64,000 nt of DNA from Klebsormidium nitens (taxonomy: Eukaryota; Plantae; Klebsormidiophyceae), in the NCBI GenBank assembly GCA_000708835.1, contig DF237001.1, positions 62,001-126,000 of the forward strand, read 5' to 3'. The stretch's first letter is position 1; every line of letters begins with the position of its first letter. This document shows, piece after piece, positions 13,153 to 24,161 of this stretch. A program made the position numbers and the translations under genes. The notes beneath the pieces were generated by a model, which was not told the origin of the DNA, ran no database searches, and saw nothing but the letters and a program-made list of their open reading frames with translations.

Positions 13153-13904
13153 ACGGAAGCTCAGGTGCTTCCTAACATTCTGGAGAAGTAACGGAGTGTC
13201 ATCATATGAGAAAGATCGTGAGCGCTCTGCAACGTGACTGTAGGTGAAGCTACAAGTATTTTCATTGACTCAATAAGTCCACTGAATTAATCAGTCGTTT
13301 CCTTCATCGACGTATTAGGAGGAGGTTATATCCAGTTGATCAGCACGTGGCACGCAAGCTGAGATTCTATCGTCGCGAGTCGAGAATCAGAAGAGTAGAC
13401 TCAAATTTGATGCTTCACATTGTCACATCAATGTAGGGTCATACTAAACGGCCATCCGATAAGCGATCAATCGCACAAGCCTTAGGGACAGGAGAACGTG
13501 GGAGAACCCGTCTGCCATGTTCAAGTGTTTTCTGCAAACGAGAAGAGGAGCGCTTCCTTGTAACAATATTTCAAGAGTCGAGCCCAAGGAGGTGGCGGCA
13601 CACTGTGGCGCGACCTCTTCAAGGCGTTCTCCAGTAGATTCTGAGTATGGACGATCTACTCTGCATCTCTGGCGCTTTATAATTTCCAGACGCCTCTTCG
13701 GAAAGTCCACAAAGATCCTCGCATAAGTCCTTGCGACAGCGTCGTTTTCGATGAAAGGCCAAGATCGGACAAACAAAACAAGTTCCCTTGGAATTTGTGC
13801 TGGTATAACCTCGAAGGCGTGGAAAACCTGAATCTGCTGACCTTGGCGAGCTTAGATAGAACAAAGTAATACCTGCAAACCTGCAGCATCTGCGCAATAG
13901 AAGC

Positions 13905-16900
13905 ATGAACAAGATTTATACCAACGGGCTGTTCGCGTTGGATCTAGAACGAAGCGTGCCTTTTCCTGAGAACATGGACGTCAGGGATCTGATGAGCAGC
14001 TTTTTGGAGAGTGTAAGGGACCGGACAGGAACGGACTGCCACGTGGATGCGGACCAGGGGCTTGTGGTGCTGTCCGGATCCTGCTTATGTGAGGGCTCTG
14101 AAGATTGTTTCTTTCCGTGATTGTTTTCTGGAATTGGGTTTTCGAACTTTTTGAGCTTGAATCCTCTCAAAGATCCAAATGTGAGACTAAAAAAGAATCA
14201 TAAGTATTGACACCCAGATCCGTACTCCCATATGCTGCAAGCCGTCCCTATCGCACCCCTGCTTTTGGCTTGCACAGTCAGAAAGCAGATTTTAATATTA
14301 GGGTCAGCTCGGCTCCGCTTCTGGGCAGATCTGACCTTTCCCAGAATCGTTCAAAAGCATCAATAAATTGAATAAGTGTTCTCTGTACCGGACCTTCTGA
14401 AAGCTCGTGATTGCGCATAGGGTCGGCCCCTGCACCCACTACTGAAAGAACCCCGCTTTGAGATCCAATTCCAAAATTTCCCGGATTCAGTTCAACGCAG
14501 CTATTCAAACTGACTGTTTGTGACGGGTACATTGTCTCGTGCAGCTTCGGTGAGCAAAGCAGAGGAAATGGTGAGGAAGAAGTTTGACTCCTTTCTGAGA
14601 GGCGGAGCTGTCCGGGATAATGCTGTCTACCCACACGGACCCGAGACGCATCAGGCAAGTATCGGCCGCACTTCCTATCACGCAACTTAGGAGGAACCAG
14701 ATAACATGACTGAGAAAGCATCGGATCACGAAATTGGCTTTGCAATTTAGAACCGGTGATACTTAGCACCAGTATGTTGAAGCAAGCGTTATTAGCTCCA
14801 GCGGCAATCTCCGAGATCTTGGTGACACGAAGGCAGGCCACAGACTGTGTCTTCTCTGTTCAACACTTTTCTGGCTGATTGCAGAGGAGCTGTGTGTATG
14901 CTTTCTTCTGCACAATCAGACAACAAAAGTTCCCGTTGATTGTGAAGTACCTCCTCCGCACAGAAAACCTTGTCCAAGCAACCAGGCTTTATGCGCTGCC
15001 CCTGAAAGTCCTTCGTTCCCAAACACAGGTCTTCAGCGCTGCCTTTGAGAGCGACGGATTCGTCGACTTCGAGCGGAGCACCGCACCCCGAAACAACCCC
15101 ACAGCCCTCGCTTTCGAAGCCAGCCCCCATCCCGTTTTCTCCGTTTCTATAACCGACTTGCACAAGGCGACCAACCCAAAGCCAAACCCAGACGGAATGG
15201 TCGCCCAATCGAGCGAATTATCGCACTCCGAGATGACGTGGGCAACGTGCGATCCGCCATCACCGGTGGGCGGTCCGCTGACGTCACCGGGCGTCCACAC
15301 GTCGGAGCAGATGGGTCCCCTCTTGCAGCAACTAGCAGCGGCGAGAGAGGCGGCTCAGCAGTTTCAGGGCCCCCCGCCGTTTGACACGATCAAAGTGCAC
15401 TTCGAGTTGGGAACGCAGCTCTTTTACCACCGGATTGGAGGGGTCCCGGGGGACTGCTTTCTGCTTGGGGGGCCTGTTCCCATCGAATTCGTAAAGAGTG
15501 CGAAGGTGGGGGTTGAGGCGCTTTGAAGAATCTGACAATTATTACTGGGAGTCCGCGCGGTTTCTGTCTTCCCCATTGTCTTAGGACCCTGTGTTTGCTT
15601 GTCGACGGCTTGAGGGCTTTGTAAAGTCTCACCTAAAATTACTCAAGCTCTTCTGCAAGTATCAGATTATCCATTTTTGATGAGTTCTGGAACACTGCAG
15701 ATCTGGGCGCTGACGCCTTCTGGTTTGACTTTGCGTCGCTGTATGACGCTAAAAAACAGACCTCAACTCGAGCTGTAAAGGTCGAGCGTTCAGGAGCTTA
15801 AAGCGATCCCCATTTGCGCAACCATCAGAATGAAAAGGATTACGCAACCGGAACCCAAGTTTCAACAAAGTAAGACGGCCCCCAATCGGTGACGTCAGCT
15901 CCTCTTCTTTCAGGTGGGCGCCGGTGAAGACCTCCAGCTCATCTTTTCCAACCACGTGGCGCCCTCCGTGTGCGGCGCCGTCGAAGCCCACCTCCTCTCG
16001 CGCGGCTTCCGCCACGTGGCGTCCCGGCAGCAGCTCTCGCTCCACGTTTCGAACGTCGAAGATCTCACCAGCGCCCGCATCAGCTTCCTGGTCTTCGATT
16101 CCGGAACCGGCAAGCGGCTCCAGATCCGTTCCGTCAACTCTGGCGCGTCGGAGCTCTTCTCGCTTTCAATGATCAGCCCCGGGGGATCCCCCGACCACAG
16201 GCTCAGCTTGCGCGCGAGCTCCGACCTCGCGGGGAATGAGCCCGGGGGCTTGGGGCCCGAGGTGTGGGAGTACGCGCGCATGTGCGTGGATCGGGCGGCG
16301 GCACCCGTTCGTGGCGAGCTCCTCGCCAAACGCGGGTAAGCCACCCAACTCCAGACTGATGGGATTATGAAGGAAGCTGAGCGTAAAGTATGGGCTGAGA
16401 AGAGGAAAAAAGTGCCTTCCCAATAGTTTCAAAGCTTTTCGACCAGAATCCAGGGGTCATGGATGAGCCGACTACTCAGACGAGCGCCATAAGGTCTAAG
16501 GCGCGCAACATAGGAGACTAGTTTGTTTTCATCCGCCGACTTGAATATGAGCTGGCAAGGCATCGGAATTTCCGCAGCTTCCCCAGTCTGCTTCGTTGAA
16601 TCTCTTGCACGTGTCACGACTCACCATTCAGAGACCAGTATTTTGATCTTTGGGAATATCAGCTGCCTGATCGAAGTGCCTGGTATCCTTTCAGTGGGAC
16701 TGCTTGATTTGTCAAAATTTTGAGACTAGGCTGTGGGATTTTTGGGTTAAGTTCTAGGAATTGTACCTGGCCGTTGGAGAAAAACTTCTCGCGGATCTCT
16801 TACCGGAGCTCCCTATACTTCCCTGCACAGATAACTTCGTCGTGGAGAATGCTCGTTTCAAAATCAAGCGCGTCTTCGAGGGACGATTACTGCAATGCGA

Positions 16901-17921
16901 GAGCGCAAAGAGGCCAGTGCAATCCGTCAAACCCATCCCGCTTGCTCGAGCGGAAAAGCGGAAGTCGGGTCAGCATGGGAACGCAGAAAGCCCGGTGATT
17001 CAACGAACGAAGACGGAACCAGAGGGGTTCGAGAACGGAAAAAACCAAGCGAGCAGCAAACCGGTGAAGAAAGACAATGGAGTGGGGCAAAGAGACAGCA
17101 TCGTCGTAAAGAGAGTGTGCTTCGAAAAGGTGGCGTTTGAGAAGCGGGCGGCCGGAAAGGAACGGCGGAACGGAAAACTTGGGGGCCCGCTAGCCGGCCA
17201 AGAGCGAGCCGACTTACCGGAAAGGCTGCCACGTGTTGCGTCCTGGAACGGCGGACGAACAGAAAACCAGAGCATTGCGTGTGACAGGAAACCGGCCATG
17301 TATGCTAAGGGGCTGCCACGTGTTGCGTCCTGGAACGGAGCAGAGGCCGAAAAGGAGAGCTTGCCACGTGTCAGAATCTTGGCTGTGCTTGGCCGAGGGC
17401 TGCGGCGTTTGGCGTCCCCCGCGAAGCTGAGGAACGGCGGAGGGCGAGAGTCCCGGAATGGAGCACGGGCGGAATCAACTGGGAAGCGGAGCGCTGTCGG
17501 CGGAACGGTAGCGGTCAACGGACCGGAAAATCAGCCGCCCCAACGGAGTGAGCGGAAGAGGGTACACGGGTACGAGATTGGGCCAATGGAAGCGTTGACC
17601 TTGAGTGGAGAGGAAGAAGAGGAGGAGACAGGGTCAGACGGAAGAAGACTTCTGGCGGAAAAGTCGGTAGCGGAGTTTCCGCTCAGCGGAACGGAAGCGG
17701 AAGCAGACTCGGAAGCGGAAGCGGATGCGGAAGCGGAAGTGGAGGAGGGAATCCTTGTGCGTGTGACATTCTCGAGTGTTGTTGACGAGAATGGGTGCCA
17801 CTTGGAGATTGCGGGAACTTTGCCCGAGCTGAATGCGGGGGCACCGACACGTGTCAGCGATCTAGAAGCCTTGGCCGCGTTCTGCGAGTCCCTGTGCGAA
17901 GTGAAAAAGGAAGGTGTTTGA
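13905..17921 (+). CDS. Multi-exon protein of unknown function; C-terminal half possibly a degenerate Cet1/CYTH-like triphosphate-tunnel fold; 5' end uncertain
   Basis: Phase-compatible exons include ..14654 (GC donor), 14885-15505, ~15585-15654, ~15702-15773, 15913-16335, ~16632-16692 (DQYFDLWEY..) and ~16831-17921. Exons show GC-rich codon usage and polypyrimidine acceptors. The join of the upstream 13905-14650 exons is tentative. Confidence 0.55.
17224..17338 (+). repeat. Exact 28-nt in-frame direct repeat (LPRVASWNG x2) within a low-complexity insertion
   Basis: ggctgccacgtgttgcgtcctggaacgg at 17224-17251 and 17311-17338 (87-nt period); a partial third copy ttgccacgtg at 17361. Confidence 0.9.
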
Positions 17922-18791
17922 CATGCTTTGATTGAACCTGTAGATAGCCAAATGGTTCTAGTCTTGCGTGTTTGGAAAAGGGCCCGGCTGTAAATAGGAA
18001 GAAGCTAAGCACGCGGTTGGAAATTTGTAGGAGCGACGTCCATGCCCGCGTTTGAAGTCGTCACGTATTTACCTCGCCCTCACAGGCCCACATTAGGGCA
18101 AGCGCGCTGTGTTAAGGCTTATCTCCGGCAGACCCGGACCTAAATATTGTAGGATCGTTCATTAGATTCTTGTGACTTTGAGCCTGCAAGCTTGCGCCTG
18201 GTTGTTAATCATTTTGATGTAGATTAAGTGGTCAATCAGTAAAAGTGTTTTGGGTTCTGTGTCTGCACAGCAAGTCTGCTCCGGATTGACCCGGGGTATT
18301 GAGCAAGGGCGACTGGAAGTCTCGGTTTCCTCCTGGTCTCAAAATTACCCTGTTGAAGACTCTGACCATGCGAAGCAAATCCAGCCTTTTAATCCATGTG
18401 TGGACATGCCGCCGCGCGACTTTCTTATAAGTTCATGTCGTGATAACCGTCTCGGGTATATTATGCAACGATCCTCGCGCATGCATGTCAATCACCAATT
18501 CCGTACAACTTGGATTCGTGCGCATGCAGAAGCGAAATCAAAGTTGCAAGTCGACCGTCGAAGGTCGTGACAAACACGTAGGGCTGCAAATTGGAGCCGT
18601 TCAAGCTATGCTATTGCTAGCGGGAGCGCTCTAGCGCCCGCCTTCTCGGAAAACCCAGCCTGTTGAATTCGCAGTCTTTCCAGCCGTAGTAGCCTTCGGC
18701 CGCAGCTTACCATATTCAGTTGTAGATCACGAGCAAGGAAAGGAAGAGGGAAGCCAGGCAAAGGAACCATCAGCGCTCTTCCACACGAAGC

Positions 18792-19511
18792 ATGGCGTTG
18801 CAGATGGTAGACTTCGTCTGTGGCAAATGCCAGACCGTGCTGGCAGATCTAGAAGGAACGGCCATTATTGACGAGGGCCCCTCCGCGCGCCACGTGGGCA
18901 TCCTCCCAGCGCCCCCTGCTTCCGAGTGCGGCGTCCAGATCGTTCCAGCGACAGATGAGCGGAACCCCAAGCCTCCGCGGGACGGAATAGCGGAAGTGAT
19001 CCTGTGCCGGAATGGGCACTTTGTGGGCAGCCGAGTTCCGGCGCTGAAAGAAAGGGGAGCGCCCACGGACCTCTTCTTAGACGGAACGCTCACTTTTGCG
19101 CGCGCGCAAGGAGGAGCGCCGGGCGGTCAGGACGACGCAAGCGCCCAGGAAGAAGGCGCGCGCGCGCAAGAGGAGGGCGCGCGCGCGTCAGGAGACGATG
19201 CGGCCGCGCGCCAAGAGGGCCAGCCCGGCGGCCTGCTTTTGGTCAGGGAGTGGAAGCGGACCGTGTGCGCGTCGAACCATCTACAGGGGACGAATGAGGG
19301 AGTGACACGTGTTACGCCCCGGGCAGGTCAGAAGGACGCCCCGAGCAGGCCCTCGGACTGTCCCGACTTGAGGAAGAAAGGAAGCGGGGGTAACCTGGGG
19401 GCGGTTAGGGCGGAGGAGATCTGGCCGTGGTACAAGTGGGCTCTGGGCGACAGTTCCGCTGTTTCGAAAAGAGGAGCGGAATCACAGGATTGGAGGCGGA
19501 GCGACTCTTGA
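18792..19511 (+). CDS. Intronless 239-aa protein with CxxC...CxxGH motifs (possible Yippee/Mis18-like zinc-binding fold)
   Basis: Open 239-codon ORF with an ATG start and GC-rich codon usage. Amino-acid conservation with the 4661-5172 paralogue supports coding status. The fold assignment (FVCGKCQTVLAD ... ILCRNGHFVG) is inference. Confidence 0.75.
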   Translation: MALQMVDFVCGKCQTVLADLEGTAIIDEGPSARHVGILPAPPASECGVQIVPATDERNPKPPRDGIAEVILCRNGHFVGSRVPALKERGAPTDLFLDGTLTFARAQGGAPGGQDDASAQEEGARAQEEGARASGDDAAARQEGQPGGLLLVREWKRTVCASNHLQGTNEGVTRVTPRAGQKDAPSRPSDCPDLRKKGSGGNLGAVRAEEIWPWYKWALGDSSAVSKRGAESQDWRRSDS

Positions 19512-19763
19512 AGCTTCTTATTCAGCTGTGAGCCTCTTGTTGCTCGTCTTCTGTCGGGCGCCAGAAGGCTCGATTTTATCTCGAACCCCGAATGACTTCT
19601 GTGACGGCCTTAGTGGCAAACGCTAGGTTCGATCTGACAATCATTCTGATGACAAAGAAGCGTTTCCAACAGCACGATCTAGATCGTTCAAGACATATCG
19701 TTCAAGATCTTGAATGGCTTCCTAAGCCTTCTCACCGGCAGCCATCAGCGGCCACGCCCCGGC

Positions 19764-19804
19764 CACGTGCCGGTGTCACGTGGTGCACGTGTGTCGCATG
19801 ACGT
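19764..19804. promoter_or_regulatory. Cluster of three CACGTG (G-box/ABRE-core) motifs plus TGACGT
   Basis: CACGTG at 19764, 19777 and 19786; TGACGT at 19799. The target gene is unknown and function is not shown. Confidence 0.3.
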
Positions 19805-21252
19805 CTTGGCGGCATGCTGTTAAAACTCGGCGGCTTCCTCCCTTGACGACTGTTCTCACGTTTTTCTCGTCGTTCGAAGGATCTGCAGCTCTCTTGTATG
19901 AATACATACATATCTACCGCACGCGTCACATGTTCTCGAATCTGGCAGCCGCAGTGGTTGTCTGTCGGTGCTTCTCTTGTGATTGCAAGTGCCCTACTTA
20001 TCAAATCGTTCACCAGCTTTGATTTTCCAGCCGTCGTCTCAAGTACTGCACTGCCCTTTATGCAGGGCTTGTCCAAAGAGGTGGCGCTCGACCTGACGAT
20101 GTCGCGAAGTAGTAAGAAGTTGCAAGTCTAAGTCTGCTTCTCGAATCAATTTGCGTGCCAAGGGGATCCCTCTGTGACGAGCGCTTCACTTGCCAATTGC
20201 ACGACTACTGCACTCTGACCGCCCAACATTTTGGTACGAGTCAAATCAGAACCAAAACTTCGTCTTTACAGTAGCACGCAGTAACAATGACACCGCAGAA
20301 TCAAAGGAAGGACTCGGACATATTACGATTGTGCTAGTACGCGCTTTTGGCTCCCTTTCATGACTACTTCGAGGACAAGACTACGCTCTAATCTTTGCTC
20401 GGCGGCCAAGGCCGCCGCTTGTTCACACACCAATGCTTGCTCATCATCAACAGTAATCCCGGAGCTTTCAACCATATTGCGCAATTCATGGTTTTTATGG
20501 TGGGCAATGCCTATCACATTGCGCTTTATACTTTACTTCTGCACATGCCAATCCGCAAGTCCTCATGCAGAGCTCCGAGTGTCCACTGACAAGCAGCTAG
20601 GCCACTTGCAGCCAACTCATACTTCACTGAGGAAGTATGCTAGTTTGAGCTCGGTCCGTAGTTGCGAGAGCCTTAAGTTTATCAGGGACTGCTCAGCACC
20701 TGAATCGACACTGACGCATGCAACTTGGCTGGCAACAAGGATTGCTCATTTCCATGTTAGGAGCTGCTGGAGGAACAGCTGTTTCATGCAAGATGGCATG
20801 GCCGTGCATCCGCGTGGATGTTGAGCTCTATATATCAAGTCGAACCTCTCTAGTTGCTCGCGCTGCAATCACAGTCCTGTGGCACTAGATTGGTGCGCAT
20901 ACTCTAGTAATACTCTGGACCGCACATGTACTTTGACTGCAGACTTGCACGTCAGGCCGCTTGTCTATGTTGTATCTGTACGTTTCAGTTTTCAAAGTCG
21001 ACGTGCAGCCCAATGCATGCATGGCATATGCAATGTGTGACATCTTACCGTCATGGAACATATCGGGAGCTAGCAGCTTCGGGGCGCCGTGGTTTTGAGT
21101 CAACCTTCGAATGATACGATGTATGTATGTATGTACCGGTATATGCACCTTCTATACTAGACAATGAGTATATCCTATTGAACATCTCGTGCACAGATCG
21201 GTCGTCACCTTTTTATTGCATATAAGCACTTGTACGTGGTCCATATGTGGTT

Positions 21253-21375
21253 ATAACATTGTGAGTTGGCAAGTCAGCCTTACTGCCATCGTCATTTATA
21301 GGCTGACTTGCCAACTCACAATGTTATGAAATGACTCGGATGGCAGTAAGGCTGACTTGCCAACTCACAATGTTA
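21253..21375. repeat. Long inverted repeat with one left arm and two right arms
   Basis: 21253-21280 is the exact reverse complement of 21300-21327. 21254-21290 is the exact reverse complement of 21339-21375 (37 bp), extended by 21291-21297/21329-21335 past a 3-nt bulge. Confidence 0.95.
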
Positions 21376-21678
21376 ACCGTTGAACAAGGAAGCAACATTG
21401 ATGAATGGGCTGTTGAAGACTTGGTTTCTAGCTTGTTATATCTTGTGTATCAGTCCGACTTACAATGCTCAAACCTGAGGTAGACCGGCCAGTCAAAACA
21501 GTTGGAGGGCAGTCATCCTTTCAAGCCACCATTCAAGCCTTCCGCCAGATTTCGCTCGACTTGAAGGATTGCCACTCAGATTAACGGAGAATCGAGCTAG
21601 ACTGGTACCTTTGGGAACCTGAGGGTTTATGTATTTTCACTTAGGGTAGATGACAGTTCTGAAATCTGGCGTCGATCG

Positions 21679-22635
21679 CTATCCTGGAAAGCCTTCCCAA
21701 ACCCCGAGCTTGCTCAATTGCACACTATCTGCTGTGCAACGGACGTTTCGCACATTCTGGAAATCGAAAACAACATGTCCTATTCGCAACAGAATCTCCA
21801 AGCATTGCAACTTTGCCTGATGCAATAGAACCTGGAAGTTGTATTTCACAAGTTCGAAATTCCCGTTTGCTGCTCTGATGACTAGTCCAACCACCGGACT
21901 CTCACACCAACCATCTTCAAAACGAGGTTCTTTTTTGAATTCTTGATGCATTTCACGTGGCATCTCTACGGAACGCCCCACAAATCCACACGCATTTCCG
22001 CCCAGCAACACATGTACCCGTCCGTCGGCTTTGCAAAGCAGATTCAACGTGTGCCAGGAAGGAAGCCTTGGCCCAGGGGATTCGAGACAGCGAACATTCA
22101 CGCGCCTTGGAGCACCTTTCGCCAGACCCTGAATTTCAGTCCTGAGCTTTCTTTCCTCGTCCGCCAAGCACGCAGTTCTAAACAATCCTCTGAAGCAGAT
22201 TCCGGCTTCCACGGACTTTTTGGGCTCCTGATTCATACCCTCACAAGTAGCAGAATGTGACAAGATGTCTCCACTCCACATTCGAACATCCAAAGTGATG
22301 ATGAAGTCTCCGATCTCTGGACTTGCCTCAGCCCCAGATTGCGCAGGGCCCGCTGTCGGCGACTTAGTTCCGGGCCTACCTAACAACCCCAAAAAAAGCT
22401 GCTTGTAAGTACGGCGAAGGCCCTTAAATGCTTGCCTACCATCGTGCAAGTCCACAAACTCCTTGGCGGGGGAGGTTTTGAGCGAGGGGAAGTCTTCTTC
22501 AGACCACTGCCTCCACATGGGACTTTCATCAACCCAGCGCCGAATAATCGTACAAGTGCTTCCCAGACAGCTCGCATCCCTTGCATCGAGGAAGCTTAAA
22601 AGCACGGCAAAGACAGACTCGTCCAGCATATCCAT
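21679..22635 (-). CDS. Intronless F-box domain protein (318 aa)
   Basis: N-terminal LDESVFAVLLSFLDARDASCLGSTCTIIRRWVDESPMWRQW fits the F-box consensus (L...IL.FL....L......C..W.......LW). Long ORF with an ATG start. Confidence 0.72.
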   Translation of the reverse strand: MDMLDESVFAVLLSFLDARDASCLGSTCTIIRRWVDESPMWRQWSEEDFPSLKTSPAKEFVDLHDGRQAFKGLRRTYKQLFLGLLGRPGTKSPTAGPAQSGAEASPEIGDFIITLDVRMWSGDILSHSATCEGMNQEPKKSVEAGICFRGLFRTACLADEERKLRTEIQGLAKGAPRRVNVRCLESPGPRLPSWHTLNLLCKADGRVHVLLGGNACGFVGRSVEMPREMHQEFKKEPRFEDGWCESPVVGLVIRAANGNFELVKYNFQVLLHQAKLQCLEILLRIGHVVFDFQNVRNVRCTADSVQLSKLGVWEGFPG

Positions 22636-24161
22636 TAAGCCTCCCTGGAGACTGTGCTGACAGCGCGCCTGCGCTCTAAATTAAAGTCACCTCTACAGAA
22701 GCTGGGCCCAGCTGCTTGCTCCCCTTGCACACGCTGTAGAAGAACAGCTAGACTCCTTGAGCCAGCCTCAAGCGAAGCGAAGGGCGGCTGCAATGCGCCC
22801 TTTCTGTACCTTCTGGTAGATTAGGAGCTCCCCGCATTCATTTCTTAATGGAGCAACGGATCCTGGGATTTGGGAATCGGGAACGTCAATGTTTTGTTGA
22901 CGTCTCTGTCAACGGTCAAGTGGTGAGCGCCGCTCGTTGAATACCGCGGAAACTGAATCGAACTTGCGTGATTTGGTGCAGGTCTCAGCGTTACAGCTTT
23001 TGCTGACGAGCGGTGCATAAACGGCAAACGGTTCAAGATTCATGTGAGATCTGCAACCTTGCTGCCGGACCTTTTTCCTTCTTTTTCCTGGACTTGGATA
23101 GCTGTGACCTCAGGCCAGCTGGACATTTTGAACCAATGTTCAAAGAAGAGAGGCGCTGGCAGCAAATGAATGGTGGAGTGGAGGCTGAAGCCTGAGTGCA
23201 CTCTTGATGAGGCGCACTAGTGTGGTCTCAAGTGCGCGAAAAGTTACTCAAGCTAGACGCTTTTGCGCTTGAGAGACTCGATGTTCGAGAGAATGCTGCA
23301 AGGACTTGCTGTTCTGAGACCAAAAAGCTGGGCAAAGTAGCTGAAGTTCTGAAGCCTTATCCGATTGCCCTACAAACTGCGTTCTCTGACAGCTCAAAGG
23401 ACAATGCTCGAGCTGTTCACTGCTGGTCCAAAAGTTGGCCCCTTTGGAAGCACAGTCTCAAACACTTTCGTAGCTGCGCAATGCTGTCCTGCGCCAGGAT
23501 TCTTAGGGCTGCTGGCTTCGAAAGCTACCTTGAAGGTCATCCCAATGACGACGAGCAGACTCTTACTTACCCCTTTCGCTGGTATTTCTTTCAGTACTGT
23601 CTCACTAGGTAGACCCTTCATTTCTTTAAATTTCAGCTGCAGCGCAGCATCAATTGCTCAAAGCCCAACCCTCCCTAAGCCTACAATCATGAACAGCAAT
23701 CCTGGAAAGGCAGTTACAAGCAAGTTTTCAAGAGCTGCCGGCTGGGAGTATCCTCCATCACTGTTCCCACTGCCTGATCCCACATGGCCAGCCCGTGTTG
23801 AGCATCTTTTGGTGCTGCAAGAGAAGGGCACGGCGGTGGACGAGCTGGAGCAGCAACTAGACCTCCCGCCAAGGTGCGCCAACTACTTGTGGATGCCGCA
23901 GACAATCTTCGTGGCTGATCTGTGTGTGTGCTGGACTGCAAAAGCAGCTGGTATCAACCCTGCCCTTGGCAATCTGAGGAAGAGACCAGAAGCAATGTCC
24001 TAATGTTCTCAGTTTGCCAAAACAGCAGCTTGACTAGGGCTGATTGCTGACAGGCTGGTAGCCTTGTTTTTTGGTGAGAATGCGTTTTCTTTCCTCGTCC
24101 TTGCGTTAATTGAAGCTTACACCAGGATTCTGTTTCTACAACTTAAAGCACTGGCAGATAC

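Noticed and set aside
22850-24000. Overlapping ORFs and a stop-interrupted plus-strand frame between the F-box and pseudouridine synthase genes
   Set aside because: Frames on both strands look equally plausible and none has a recognisable domain; may be a pseudogene or 5' exons.
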